IMG/VR virus record: IMGVR_UViG_3300029787_000002
Coordinates: 108,908-172,907 of that record
DNA: 64,000 bases
Strand: one strand, 5' to 3'
Source of the DNA: a virus
The translations under genes were made by a program, and so were the position numbers. The notes beneath the pieces are model-generated. The model saw only the letters and a list, made by a program, of their open reading frames with translations, made no database searches and was not told the DNA's origin. Positions 19,073-27,338 of the stretch are shown here, in pieces. Position 1 is the first letter of the stretch, and each line of letters begins with the position of its first letter.

Positions 19073-20735
19073 GTTTCTTGAAGAGAAGTTTATTCCATTC
19101 CTACTAAGGAATGGAGATTTGATTTACGACTTATATTTTACAACAAGAATGCCTCCATTCATGCAAGATGCAATGGGGGACGTTTTTCGTACCAATGCTG
19201 ATGCTCAAGGGTCAGCACAAAATGCATTATATGTGTCAGAAAAGACTGGTATCCCTCTATCAGCAACCTTTAACAATATATGGGTCAGACCAGACCAAAA
19301 GAATCTGAATGAGTTCATCGAGAACTTTAAGTTTCTATATGATAATGGTGTAAGGTGTGCAACTATACCTCATACATCATGGGTTATGACTGGACAGATT
19401 CAGAAAGAGTTTCCAGAACTAGAGATTAAGAATACTATCTTACGAGAGGTATCTAAACCTAATGAGATTGTATCGCTTGCGAGTGCAGGTTTTCATTATA
19501 TTAACCTTGATAGGGATGTAATGAGAGATAGAGATCTGTTAGTACGCATTATGGATGCGAAGAAATATTGTGAAGAAAAGGGTAATCCTATCAAACTATC
19601 ATTACTTGCTAATGAGCATTGTTGGGGTGGGTGTCCTATCATGCCAGAGCATTATCAATATAATGCAACAAGAGTAGGAAGTGACCCTCAATACTTTAAC
19701 AGTACCATAAGTCGTGTGTCATGCTCACGTTGGGATGCTCATGATGCTGCACATGAACTGAAAGCAGCAAACATTCCACCTTGGAAGAAAGACTGGCAAG
19801 AGTTCTTAGATGTAGGTATTGATGTATTCAAGTTGCATGGTAGAGAAGATGCCATGAGACTGCAAGAATCTATGGATCTCATTGAAAGATGGAGTGACCC
19901 TACCACCAAATTAATGTTCCCTCACTTTGAGGAGTACATGGAAGATGTGGACATGCCTGATGCACCTATAAATATCTGGCGAGAGAAGATCAAAACATGT
20001 CGATTTGATTGTTGGGATTGCAACTATTGCGAATCTGTGCTAGACTCTCGGTTAAAGAAACAAAAGCGTAAAATGAATCCACTCGTAGACCATGCTATTC
20101 GAGCAATTGATGGTGCGGTCGATAACAACTCAAACTTTAATCCCAAAGGTTATAACGTACTTGGTCTTTCATCTAATAAGGTAAGACACTTGCTTAATAA
20201 CCTATGCAATGAGCGTGGGACAGTATATGTTGACGCAGGTGCATACATGGGTAGTACAGTTTTTGCTGCACTCATGGGTAATACTGCTGTCAAAGCATAC
20301 GCTATTGATGACTTCCAAGATGAAATCATTAAACCTAAACGTAAAGACTTACATAAAGATTACAAGGACATCACAAACCCAGTTGATGAGTTTATTCAGA
20401 ATGCTGAGAAGTGGATGAACACAGATTGCTCTATTGGTTTCTCTGTTAAACCTATTCAAGCAGTGGTATTTAATCCTGAGTTCCCACCTCGTGTAGTATT
20501 CTATGATGCTGCTGTAGATGATGACATGGTTCCTAATCTAGAACATATCCATAAGTATGCTGAAAAGGATTACATTCTTGTAGTTGATGATGCAAACTTT
20601 GAAGGTGTGATTGATAAGACTAGAGAGTTCACTAAGGATAAGAATGTTATCTGGGATAGAACTATTTTGACAGAGACAGCAGAAGACTCTAATGATTTTT
20701 GGAACGGTGTTTACATTTGTGTAATTGAAAAATGA
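19011..20735 (+). CDS. Peptidase-U32-family (Fe-S) domain fused to class I SAM methyltransferase
   Basis: INLDRD, LANEHCWGGCP...H...C, DVFKLHGRE, CRFDCWDCNYC; then YVDAGAYMGST, AIDDF, VFYDA, LVVDDAN, FWNG. Confidence 0.75.
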   Translation: MHKTTSKNVFSLPINPKLIPEFLEEKFIPFLLRNGDLIYDLYFTTRMPPFMQDAMGDVFRTNADAQGSAQNALYVSEKTGIPLSATFNNIWVRPDQKNLNEFIENFKFLYDNGVRCATIPHTSWVMTGQIQKEFPELEIKNTILREVSKPNEIVSLASAGFHYINLDRDVMRDRDLLVRIMDAKKYCEEKGNPIKLSLLANEHCWGGCPIMPEHYQYNATRVGSDPQYFNSTISRVSCSRWDAHDAAHELKAANIPPWKKDWQEFLDVGIDVFKLHGREDAMRLQESMDLIERWSDPTTKLMFPHFEEYMEDVDMPDAPINIWREKIKTCRFDCWDCNYCESVLDSRLKKQKRKMNPLVDHAIRAIDGAVDNNSNFNPKGYNVLGLSSNKVRHLLNNLCNERGTVYVDAGAYMGSTVFAALMGNTAVKAYAIDDFQDEIIKPKRKDLHKDYKDITNPVDEFIQNAEKWMNTDCSIGFSVKPIQAVVFNPEFPPRVVFYDAAVDDDMVPNLEHIHKYAEKDYILVVDDANFEGVIDKTREFTKDKNVIWDRTILTETAEDSNDFWNGVYICVIEK

Positions 20736-21001
20736 TTTTATTTTCTTTCATTCTATCCATTCAAACATTATTTGCTAATCACATACCAGTGATGTATGTA
20801 CAAGTACCTCAGTGGGCAGATGACTGGGCAGTGTGTGCTGTAGATATTCCAGACTCAGCATGTCACTGGTATATTGTGTCACCTGATTTTACAGGTGAAG
20901 GATTTGACTGGGAGACAGCACCATGGTTTAGTGCTGAAGGACTCATTGATGTAGCACCAATGCAGAAGGAAACAGTATTACAGAAGTTACAAGAGAAATG
21001 A
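20732..21001 (+). CDS. Small exported hypothetical protein (cyanobacteria/cyanophage type)
   Basis: Hydrophobic N-terminus; YVQVPQWADDWAVCAVDIPD..CHWY. Confidence 0.7.
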   Translation: MILFSFILSIQTLFANHIPVMYVQVPQWADDWAVCAVDIPDSACHWYIVSPDFTGEGFDWETAPWFSAEGLIDVAPMQKETVLQKLQEK

Positions 21002-21498
21002 TTGATATACAAGAGAATTTTCTACATGATGGTGAGTTTGAGCATCTTTATAAGATGATGATGAGTTACAATGTTCTTTGGGAAGCATCTAAGATTGTTG
21101 ATGATGCACCTCACAACATGAATCGTAACATGCAAATGTGTCATTTCTTTTATGATAGACATGCACCTACCGATAAAACTATTGAGATTCTTTACCCTGT
21201 ATTGCAAAAAATGCAACCTTGTGCTATGATCAAATGCAAAGCAAACATGGTCATGGGTACTGATAGTCTCGTGGAACATGGTATGCACATTGATATACTG
21301 GACGCAGATGACCGTCCTTATATTAAAACAAGTATCCTTTACATGAACACATGTGATGGTTACACATTATTTGAGGATGGTACTAAGGTAGAGTCTGTTG
21401 CTAACAGGTTCGTAACATTTCCAAATGGTTTAAAACACACAGGTACATCAACTACAAACGCATCCTTTCGGATGGTAATCAACTTTAACTATGTTTAA
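20998..21498 (+). CDS. 2OG-Fe(II) oxygenase
   Basis: HGMHID, TSILYMNTCDGYT, SVANRFVTF...KHTG...R.VINFNY. Confidence 0.85.
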   Translation: MIDIQENFLHDGEFEHLYKMMMSYNVLWEASKIVDDAPHNMNRNMQMCHFFYDRHAPTDKTIEILYPVLQKMQPCAMIKCKANMVMGTDSLVEHGMHIDILDADDRPYIKTSILYMNTCDGYTLFEDGTKVESVANRFVTFPNGLKHTGTSTTNASFRMVINFNYV

Positions 21499-21859
21499 AA
21501 AACTACTTAATCGTTACTTCAAACTCTTAAAAAAGATCGATGAGAGACACTATTGGCCTCTGTTTATCTTCTTATCATGTTATTTCGTGATCCCATACAG
21601 TGAGTTTGTTGTTACAGCATTAATTCTTCTATACTTTAAGTTTGAAGCACAGTTTCGTAAGATTGGTGGTAAACTTGTAAGACCTCTTCCTGAGTGGTTG
21701 AGGATCGGTGGTTCTACTATCTTCTTCCTTGTTATGTTAGATGATACACTTGCATATTTGAGTATCATTGCTATTGCTTTTTGGAGTAATAAAGAACTTA
21801 AGAAGAGAGAAAAGCAAGAGCAACTAGAGAGAGAAGAAAAAGAAAAAGGTTTAATGTAG
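21491..21859 (+). CDS. Membrane protein
   Basis: Several hydrophobic segments, charged C-terminal tail. Confidence 0.7.
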   Translation: MFKKLLNRYFKLLKKIDERHYWPLFIFLSCYFVIPYSEFVVTALILLYFKFEAQFRKIGGKLVRPLPEWLRIGGSTIFFLVMLDDTLAYLSIIAIAFWSNKELKKREKQEQLEREEKEKGLM

Positions 21860-21867
21860 ACAAAATG

Positions 21868-21875
21868 TATAAATA
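21868..21875 (+). promoter_or_regulatory. T4-type late promoter
   Basis: Exact TATAAATA, intergenic. Confidence 0.85.
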
Positions 21876-21903
21876 AGACTGTAAGTCTTATTGAGTAGGT
21901 TAG

Positions 21904-22713
21904 ATGTCTCAGTTAAATGTAGGTACTCTGAATGTGGGAACTACCCAGTTTACTGGTGACTCGACCACGTTAAATACTGCACCTGCCAGTGATCTGACTG
22001 GATTTCTTACTGGTACACCCAGTGCGAACCATTCGATCATGTGGAACGGTTCAGCATGGGTTCCCACCGCAATGGGTGGAAGATTGTTAGGGATGAATGT
22101 ATATACATCGCAGAATGGTACTTGGAACTCTAAGAGTACATCAGGTGGTAGTGGTACATGGACTAAACCATCTGGTTGTAGTAATGTTCTTGTATATGTC
22201 ACAGGTGGTGGCGGTGGTGCAAGAATTAATGATAACACCTATCGTGGTGCAGGTGGTGGCGGTGGTGCTACTTCTATTAAATGGATTGACGTGTCAGGTG
22301 TTAGTACAGTAAGTTATACTTACGGTAATGGTGGTGCTTATGTAAGAAATGGTGGCAGAGCAGCATCAGGCGGTACGTCATCGTTTGGTTCATATTGCAC
22401 TGCAACTGGTGGTCAAGGTGGTCAATCAGACAACCCTCATCAGGGTGGGCCAGGGGGAAATGCCAGTGGTGGAGACATTAATTTGCCAGGTGGTGGTGGA
22501 GAAATGTCACATGGTTCAAACAATGAAGGTGTGGCAGGTTCATCATTCTGGCATAAAGCAGGTTCATCACACCATTATTATAACAACCAAGAAGAAGTCA
22601 CTCATGGACAATGGGGTTCTGGTGGTGGTCATGGTTATTATTCACAACACTCTTACGCATACAACAACTCAAATGGTGGTGCGGGAGTCGTAATCGTTTA
22701 CAATTATTCTTAA
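21904..22713 (+). CDS. Glycine-rich tail-fibre adhesin
   Basis: SGTWTKPSGCSNVLVYVTGGGGG...GGGGGAT...SSFGSYCTATGG...GGAGVVIVY. Confidence 0.8.
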   Translation: MSQLNVGTLNVGTTQFTGDSTTLNTAPASDLTGFLTGTPSANHSIMWNGSAWVPTAMGGRLLGMNVYTSQNGTWNSKSTSGGSGTWTKPSGCSNVLVYVTGGGGGARINDNTYRGAGGGGGATSIKWIDVSGVSTVSYTYGNGGAYVRNGGRAASGGTSSFGSYCTATGGQGGQSDNPHQGGPGGNASGGDINLPGGGGEMSHGSNNEGVAGSSFWHKAGSSHHYYNNQEEVTHGQWGSGGGHGYYSQHSYAYNNSNGGAGVVIVYNYS

Positions 22714-22718
22714 GTCAC

Positions 22719-23078
22719 ATGAAAGCACTAGTACACACTACAGCAGGTCTCGTTTGTCAGTTTGTAGAAGACGCAGACACATTTGAAGCACATAGCGATT
22801 ACGCATGGAAAGATATCGATGAAACTGGATTATCTTTTGTTGCAGGGACAGACCAACCCCCAGATTTTGCTTATGATCAATCAACGGATACTATCTCAAG
22901 AAAAACAATAGCACCTGCACCATATGATCTGCAGAGAAGGTTTGCATATAATGAACTACCAGAACAACTCGATCAACTCTGGCATGACATTGATGATGGT
23001 AAACTAGGAGAAGACGCAAAGACTGGCATCTGGTACAACGGAGTCAAGAGTACGAAAGACGCATATCCAAAGGGTTGA
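22719..23078 (+). CDS. Probable tail-fibre assembly chaperone
   Basis: C-terminal RR.AY..LPEQLDQLWHD...W...VK..KDAYPK. Confidence 0.7.
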   Translation: MKALVHTTAGLVCQFVEDADTFEAHSDYAWKDIDETGLSFVAGTDQPPDFAYDQSTDTISRKTIAPAPYDLQRRFAYNELPEQLDQLWHDIDDGKLGEDAKTGIWYNGVKSTKDAYPKG

Positions 23079-23103
23079 CACCTGACTGGAAATCCATTAT
23101 AAT
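23075..23103 (+). promoter_or_regulatory. Consensus sigma70 promoter
   Basis: TTGACA-17 nt-TATAAT. Confidence 0.9.
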
Positions 23104-23127
23104 ACGAGGGTTCACTTGGTAAAACCA

Positions 23128-23364
23128 ATGCCCTCTTTTATTTTGACCGCAACTGACGAAGACGGAACTGTCACAACTAAGGAGTTTGAAGGAACTATCC
23201 TACAGGATGTGGTGGAAAAGACCTCTGACTTCCTACATGGTGTCGGTTATGTTTTCGATGATCTCTATGTTATCGAAGAAGAAGTGGAGGACAATGATGT
23301 TCTTCCTTTCAGTGATGTTATGGAAGCAGTTCGGAATTCCGTAGCATCCGAAACTGAGGTATAA
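23128..23364 (+). CDS. Acidic hypothetical protein
   Basis: TKEFEG..LQDVVEKTSDFLHGVGY. Confidence 0.75.
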   Translation: MPSFILTATDEDGTVTTKEFEGTILQDVVEKTSDFLHGVGYVFDDLYVIEEEVEDNDVLPFSDVMEAVRNSVASETEV

Positions 23365-23418
23365 TCCTCGGTTTCATATATAAAATGTAGTTTACTTTAG
23401 AATAAAATCTAAGTACAA

Positions 23419-23604
23419 ATGGGTAAGACGTTTAGGCGGGGTGGTAGCGAAAAAGGCAACTACTCCTACGGTAAATCTATCCGAGACAAAAGGACTCGGA
23501 ACTCGAAATCAAACTTTCTCGAAGACACAAATGGCAACTACAAGTCAAAAACAAATAGACAACAAAAATTCAATGCTCACGTCCAAGAAGAGGACTGGGG
23601 ATGA
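23419..23604 (+). CDS. Small basic protein
   Basis: MGKTFRRGG...; K/R-rich. Confidence 0.7.
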   Translation: MGKTFRRGGSEKGNYSYGKSIRDKRTRNSKSNFLEDTNGNYKSKTNRQQKFNAHVQEEDWG

Positions 23605-23605
23605 C

Positions 23606-23692
23606 ATGGATTTCTATGAAGATGTTGACATGCTAGAGTTCGATGATGGTTCTGAAGTAGACACTAATCTTGACTATACAACACAATACTAA
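23606..23692 (+). CDS. Acidic micro-protein (28 aa)
   Basis: MDFYEDVDMLEFDDGSEVDTNLDYTTQY; start reassigned. Confidence 0.45.
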   Translation: MDFYEDVDMLEFDDGSEVDTNLDYTTQY

Positions 23693-23701
23693 TGACATCA
23701 A

Positions 23702-23893
23702 ATGACAGAACGTGATGAAAAATTCAATCGGGGATTGACTCTGTTTGAAGAGTCATTACATAAACCTGATCATAAACTCAGGGCATGTGCGTTAAACCAA
23801 ACATGTCTTGACGAACTGCTCGAAATACGAGATCATGTGTTAGAGTACACCCAGTCATTACGGAGAAGAGAGGATGTCTTACCTCTACCATAG
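23702..23893 (+). CDS. Hypothetical cyanophage protein
   Basis: LFEESLHKPDHKLRACALNQ.C.DEL. Confidence 0.7.
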   Translation: MTERDEKFNRGLTLFEESLHKPDHKLRACALNQTCLDELLEIRDHVLEYTQSLRRREDVLPLP

Positions 23894-24074
23894 TTCTATG
23901 TTTGATATAGACGAGAAGAGTCTATTAAAAGAGTCTCTCGTTAAATACGTTTCGTATTTACAAAAAAGATTCTTCAAAGATAAGAATATCTCGGAAGAAG
24001 ATTATCATCAACAAATGAATCATATTGAATCAATTGTTGGAAAACTACATCTAAATGATCTCTATAAATTATGA
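23874..24074 (+). CDS. Hypothetical protein
   Basis: ORF track, GAGGA RBS. Confidence 0.65.
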   Translation: MSYLYHSSMFDIDEKSLLKESLVKYVSYLQKRFFKDKNISEEDYHQQMNHIESIVGKLHLNDLYKL

Positions 24075-24697
24075 GTATTGAAATGTTCTGCCCTCAGTGG
24101 TATTACGTTGAGAGCGTACCTGTTGAGTATCAGGCACAAATTGAAAAATTATTTGAACCGCAGATCAGAGACGAGAGTCTATATGTGCAATCCCCTTGGG
24201 ATTGTAACTGTTTATCTACATTTCAATCTAAAAGTAATTTAGATCTACCTTGGAATGACTGGTTAGAATGTTGTAGGTCAACACTTGACAAGATGATTGA
24301 CGCATTGCAACCTAAAATTGATATCGAAGTAGTACCTCAGGAAGCATGGGCAAATCTATATACTAAAGGTATGCATCAAGAGTACCATACACATAGTTTA
24401 CCAAACTGTAATCTAAGCATGTGTTACTTGTATGATGTACCCGAAGGTGACCCATTGTTTCGGTTCGTTTATAATGGACATGATGACTATAAAAGGTCAG
24501 GTCTAACCGAAGCATTCGATATGCCCATACAAACGAGAATCGTCCCTAAGGCAACTAAAGGAGACCTTATTATATTTCCCTCGCATTATCCTCACTTCGT
24601 TGCTCCTAACCCCTCTGATGCCCCTCGCATCACATTCTCAGGGAACCTGTACGTTGTGCCAAACAACAAAGCGTCACAGGACACTCCCACACCATAA
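24071..24697 (+). CDS. Putative 2OG-Fe(II) oxygenase (TIGR02466-like)
   Basis: WANLY..G.HQEYHTH, GDLIIFPS..PHFV.P, RITFSGN. Confidence 0.85.
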   Translation: MSIEMFCPQWYYVESVPVEYQAQIEKLFEPQIRDESLYVQSPWDCNCLSTFQSKSNLDLPWNDWLECCRSTLDKMIDALQPKIDIEVVPQEAWANLYTKGMHQEYHTHSLPNCNLSMCYLYDVPEGDPLFRFVYNGHDDYKRSGLTEAFDMPIQTRIVPKATKGDLIIFPSHYPHFVAPNPSDAPRITFSGNLYVVPNNKASQDTPTP

Positions 24698-24712
24698 AAT
24701 TCATGCTATGAT
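24656..24712 (+). promoter_or_regulatory. Early promoter module copy 1 (palindrome plus -10)
   Basis: GTGCC-AAACAACAAAGC-GTCAC (24656-24677), 29 nt, TATGAT preceded by TGC. Confidence 0.7.
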
Positions 24713-24908
24713 TACTCCTGTAAACAAACCTCAGACTTCTATCGGCATCATTAAGTCGATCAAGAAGGCACTCAAAGAGGCAGACAATGACCCCTTTCTT
24801 TATTCAATCGATGAAATCAAAACTCTCAAACGCAAAAAGCGTGAATGGCAAGACCTTGAACGCAGGGCGAACATCGAAGAACGCAATGGGTTCGGTCAGT
24901 ACCTATAA
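24708..24908 (+). CDS. Hypothetical protein (start uncertain)
   Basis: IKSIKKALKEADNDPFLYSIDEI..LKRK...NGFG. Confidence 0.6.
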   Translation: MITPVNKPQTSIGIIKSIKKALKEADNDPFLYSIDEIKTLKRKKREWQDLERRANIEERNGFGQYL

Positions 24909-25026
24909 ACTGGACAATGTAAACATCGAGTACAATAGTTCATTCGATTGTGTTCAAGAGAACGAGGATGATTGGGTATCTAGTTTCCTCGGTTCTGAAT
25001 ATGATGTAGTCAATTCACTTTATTAA
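24886..25026 (+). CDS. Small acidic protein
   Basis: ...ENEDDWVSSFLGSEYDVVNSLY; start reassigned. Confidence 0.5.
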   Translation: MGSVSTYKLDNVNIEYNSSFDCVQENEDDWVSSFLGSEYDVVNSLY

Positions 25027-25028
25027 AT

Positions 25029-25202
25029 ATGTCAGAGTCAACTTCCTATCATATCTACTACGATGATAAAGTTCTATTCAAGAACTTGAGTCTAGAAGAG
25101 TTCACATTGATCTGGAAGAAACTCTATCGGTCATACCATACTGATAGTATTACTTACTCAATTTGTAAGGATGACTTATGTACCTTAGAACAGAGTTATT
25201 AA
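25029..25202 (+). CDS. Hypothetical protein (57 aa, not in track)
   Basis: MSESTSYHIYYDDKVLFKNLSLEEF...EQSY. Confidence 0.7.
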   Translation: MSESTSYHIYYDDKVLFKNLSLEEFTLIWKKLYRSYHTDSITYSICKDDLCTLEQSY

Positions 25203-25391
25203 ATGAGAGTCAGACTGGAACCTCGAACAGGTAATCGAGAAGCACAAGAAATGTTCAGGTATCATTTACATCGTGATGGTTATGTTCATGTGAGCGAACG
25301 TCTCGATAGATGGTATGTTTTTCACCCAAATTCCAATACAGGTTTTTGGGTACACCCAACAAAAGACCCTAATTGGATTGTACACAAATGA
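25203..25391 (+). CDS. Hypothetical protein
   Basis: FWVHPTKDPNWIV C-terminus. Confidence 0.7.
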   Translation: MRVRLEPRTGNREAQEMFRYHLHRDGYVHVSERLDRWYVFHPNSNTGFWVHPTKDPNWIVHK

Positions 25392-25549
25392 ATCCCTACA
25401 AAGTCATCTACTGGAAGGACGGTTCACTTGATCGCAAAGAGATCATCACCTTTGGTGAAGAGTCCACCGCTAACTTGATGGACTTGTTTGAAGAGAACAT
25501 TAATTATGATGTACATTGTGTGAAATCCCAGACATTACTGACTAAATAG
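25388..25549 (+). CDS. Hypothetical protein (53 aa, not in track)
   Basis: ATGA coupling; MNPYKVIYWKDG... Confidence 0.6.
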   Translation: MNPYKVIYWKDGSLDRKEIITFGEESTANLMDLFEENINYDVHCVKSQTLLTK

Positions 25550-25621
25550 TATCAGTCAGGAGAACAAGATGATCTAAAACTCCATGATATTATGGAAATC
25601 AAATTCAACAAGTGAGGTTCA

Positions 25622-25789
25622 ATGCACAACATCTTTACACAGAAACAAACTCCAGAGTTTACAAACTTTAACGCTGAAACATACGAAAACGAGTTATGGA
25701 ATGACTACTTTGAATGTTTAGTCGATTCTGAAAACTTAAGACACAACCAATCAGCAAAGAAAATCTGTAGATATCTAGTTCCAGAATAG
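25622..25789 (+). CDS. Small protein with DYFECL...KKICR motif (55 aa, not in track)
   Basis: GAGG RBS; MHN...NDYFECLVDS...KKICRYL. Confidence 0.7.
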   Translation: MHNIFTQKQTPEFTNFNAETYENELWNDYFECLVDSENLRHNQSAKKICRYLVPE

Positions 25790-25844
25790 GACACTCTACA
25801 TACTGTCACAAACCCCCACACAGGGGGTTTTTTTGTGCTATACT
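25788..25844 (+). promoter_or_regulatory. Early promoter module copy 2 (palindrome in inverted orientation, hairpin, -10)
   Basis: AGGAC-ACTCTACATACT-GTCAC (25788-25809), AAACCCCC-ACACA-GGGGGTTT hairpin, TATACT at 25839. Confidence 0.75.
25810..25834 (+). terminator. Intrinsic terminator-like hairpin inside the promoter module
   Basis: AAACCCCC/GGGGGTTT stem followed by T-run. Confidence 0.6.
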
Positions 25845-25865
25845 AAGGGTACTGACGAACGAAGT

Positions 25866-27095
25866 ATGAATTTGAGACCCCATCAGCAAAGAGCATTCGA
25901 TAGGATGCAGCAGTATGATATCGGTAAGATCATCGTACCTACTGGTGGCGGTAAGACTTATATTATGATCGCTGACTTGATCGAGCAGATGCAGCAGAGA
26001 TATGACACTACAACTGTAGTTGTTGCACCTCGTATCCTATTGGCAAACCAATTGTGTGCAGAGTTCACAGAGTTTGTAAGCGATGCTGATATTATGCACG
26101 TCCACTCAGGTGAGACTCACTATACATCTAGCACTAAACCTGAAGATGTCAAACTATTTGTAAGCACACATACTAAGCATAAGATCATCTTTACTACATA
26201 TCATTCATTACATCGTGTAGTTGATTCAGATATCACTATTGATACTGTATACTATGATGAAGCACACAATGGAACAGGCAAAAAGTTCTTTGAAGGTGTG
26301 AATGGTATGGTTCACAATGCTACTCGTAGGTTCGCATTCACCGCAACACCTCGCATGGGACGTGGTGTCTCAGCAAATCGTGGCATGAACAACTCACAAG
26401 TGTGGGGACAGACTCTAGAGAACGTACCCGCAACTGAATTGATCGAAGCAGGTGCTATTCTTCCACCTCAGATCGTACCTTTTGAGACTGATAGAGTCAG
26501 AGAAAAGCATAACGCACATGATGTTGACGCTGAGAACCTCAAGGACATTCTAAGTTCACTTGATAGTCAGCAGTCAGCAAAAGTATTAGTGGCAGCACCT
26601 AGTTCAAGGATCCTTGGGTTCATGTTGGGTAGAACTGACATCCTAGAGTATCTCAAAGAGAATGGATATGATGTACTACACATCACATCTAAGTTCGGTG
26701 CTATCATCAATGGCAAGAAAGTAGGACGTGAAGAGTTCTTCAATACTCTTACAGAGTGGGGCAACGATGACAATCGTAGGTTCGTTGTTTTCCACTATTC
26801 TATCCTATCTGAAGGAATCAACGTCAATGGTCTCACTCATACTGTATTGTTGAGGAATCTACCTATCATCGAAATGGCACAAACTATCGGACGTGTTATC
26901 AGAGTGCATAAGGATGACCGCAAAGCAGTTGAATCTGGTAGTATACCCTCTGGTGCATTCCACCTCTACAAGAAGGGTGCAGGTTATGTAACTGTACCAA
27001 CTGGATTTAAGTATGGTGATCGCATTGCAAAGAGACTTCAGAGCGTGGTAGAGTACATTTTTGTGGAAGGCATCCCACCTCTTTCATATTGCTGA
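25866..27095 (+). CDS. SF2 (DEAH, type III Res-like) helicase
   Basis: LRPHQQ, PTGGGKT, DEAH, FTATP, LSEGINV, QTIGRVIR. Confidence 0.9.
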   Translation: MNLRPHQQRAFDRMQQYDIGKIIVPTGGGKTYIMIADLIEQMQQRYDTTTVVVAPRILLANQLCAEFTEFVSDADIMHVHSGETHYTSSTKPEDVKLFVSTHTKHKIIFTTYHSLHRVVDSDITIDTVYYDEAHNGTGKKFFEGVNGMVHNATRRFAFTATPRMGRGVSANRGMNNSQVWGQTLENVPATELIEAGAILPPQIVPFETDRVREKHNAHDVDAENLKDILSSLDSQQSAKVLVAAPSSRILGFMLGRTDILEYLKENGYDVLHITSKFGAIINGKKVGREEFFNTLTEWGNDDNRRFVVFHYSILSEGINVNGLTHTVLLRNLPIIEMAQTIGRVIRVHKDDRKAVESGSIPSGAFHLYKKGAGYVTVPTGFKYGDRIAKRLQSVVEYIFVEGIPPLSYC

Positions 27096-27098
27096 TGT

Positions 27099-27156
27099 GT
27101 GACAGTTGACAAAGTGTCACAACATCCCACACAACACCCCAAATCTTTGTTATATT
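27099..27156 (+). promoter_or_regulatory. Early promoter module copy 3
   Basis: GTGAC-AGTTGACAAAGT-GTCAC (27099-27120), 30 nt, TATATT preceded by TGT. Confidence 0.8.
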
Positions 27157-27162
27157 AATAAT

Positions 27163-27317
27163 GTCGAAACAAACCAACCTAAGACTTTCAAGGTTGCGGA
27201 CACCAGAGGTCTAATGGATTTAATCCTGATCAACGAAGGTTAATTTATTAATCTGTCTTGGCGATTCCTTTGCATACGCATTTAAATCGAACTTAAGCAG
27301 TTGAGTTTTGTTTCGAC
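27163..27317 (+). ncRNA. Candidate structured non-coding RNA (about 155 nt)
   Basis: Starts at the predicted TSS; perfect 11-bp closing stem GTCGAAACAAA/TTTGTTTCGAC; only a 17-codon ORF from ATG 27161. Confidence 0.55.
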
Positions 27318-27338
27318 CCATCATAATCACAGGTCACT

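Noticed and set aside
19011-20080. U32 domain as a collagenase/protease
   Set aside because: The family name is historical; the conserved Cys motifs fit Fe-S hydroxylation-type members better
13923-22713. Diversity-generating retroelement or invertase shufflon acting on fibre tips
   Set aside because: No reverse transcriptase, recombinase or adenine-mismatched TR/VR pair was seen
27098-27121. Palindrome as a canonical CRP or NtcA site
   Set aside because: CRP is TGTGA-N6-TCACA and NtcA is GTA-N8-TAC; here the TGTGA/TCACA half-sites are 14 nt apart
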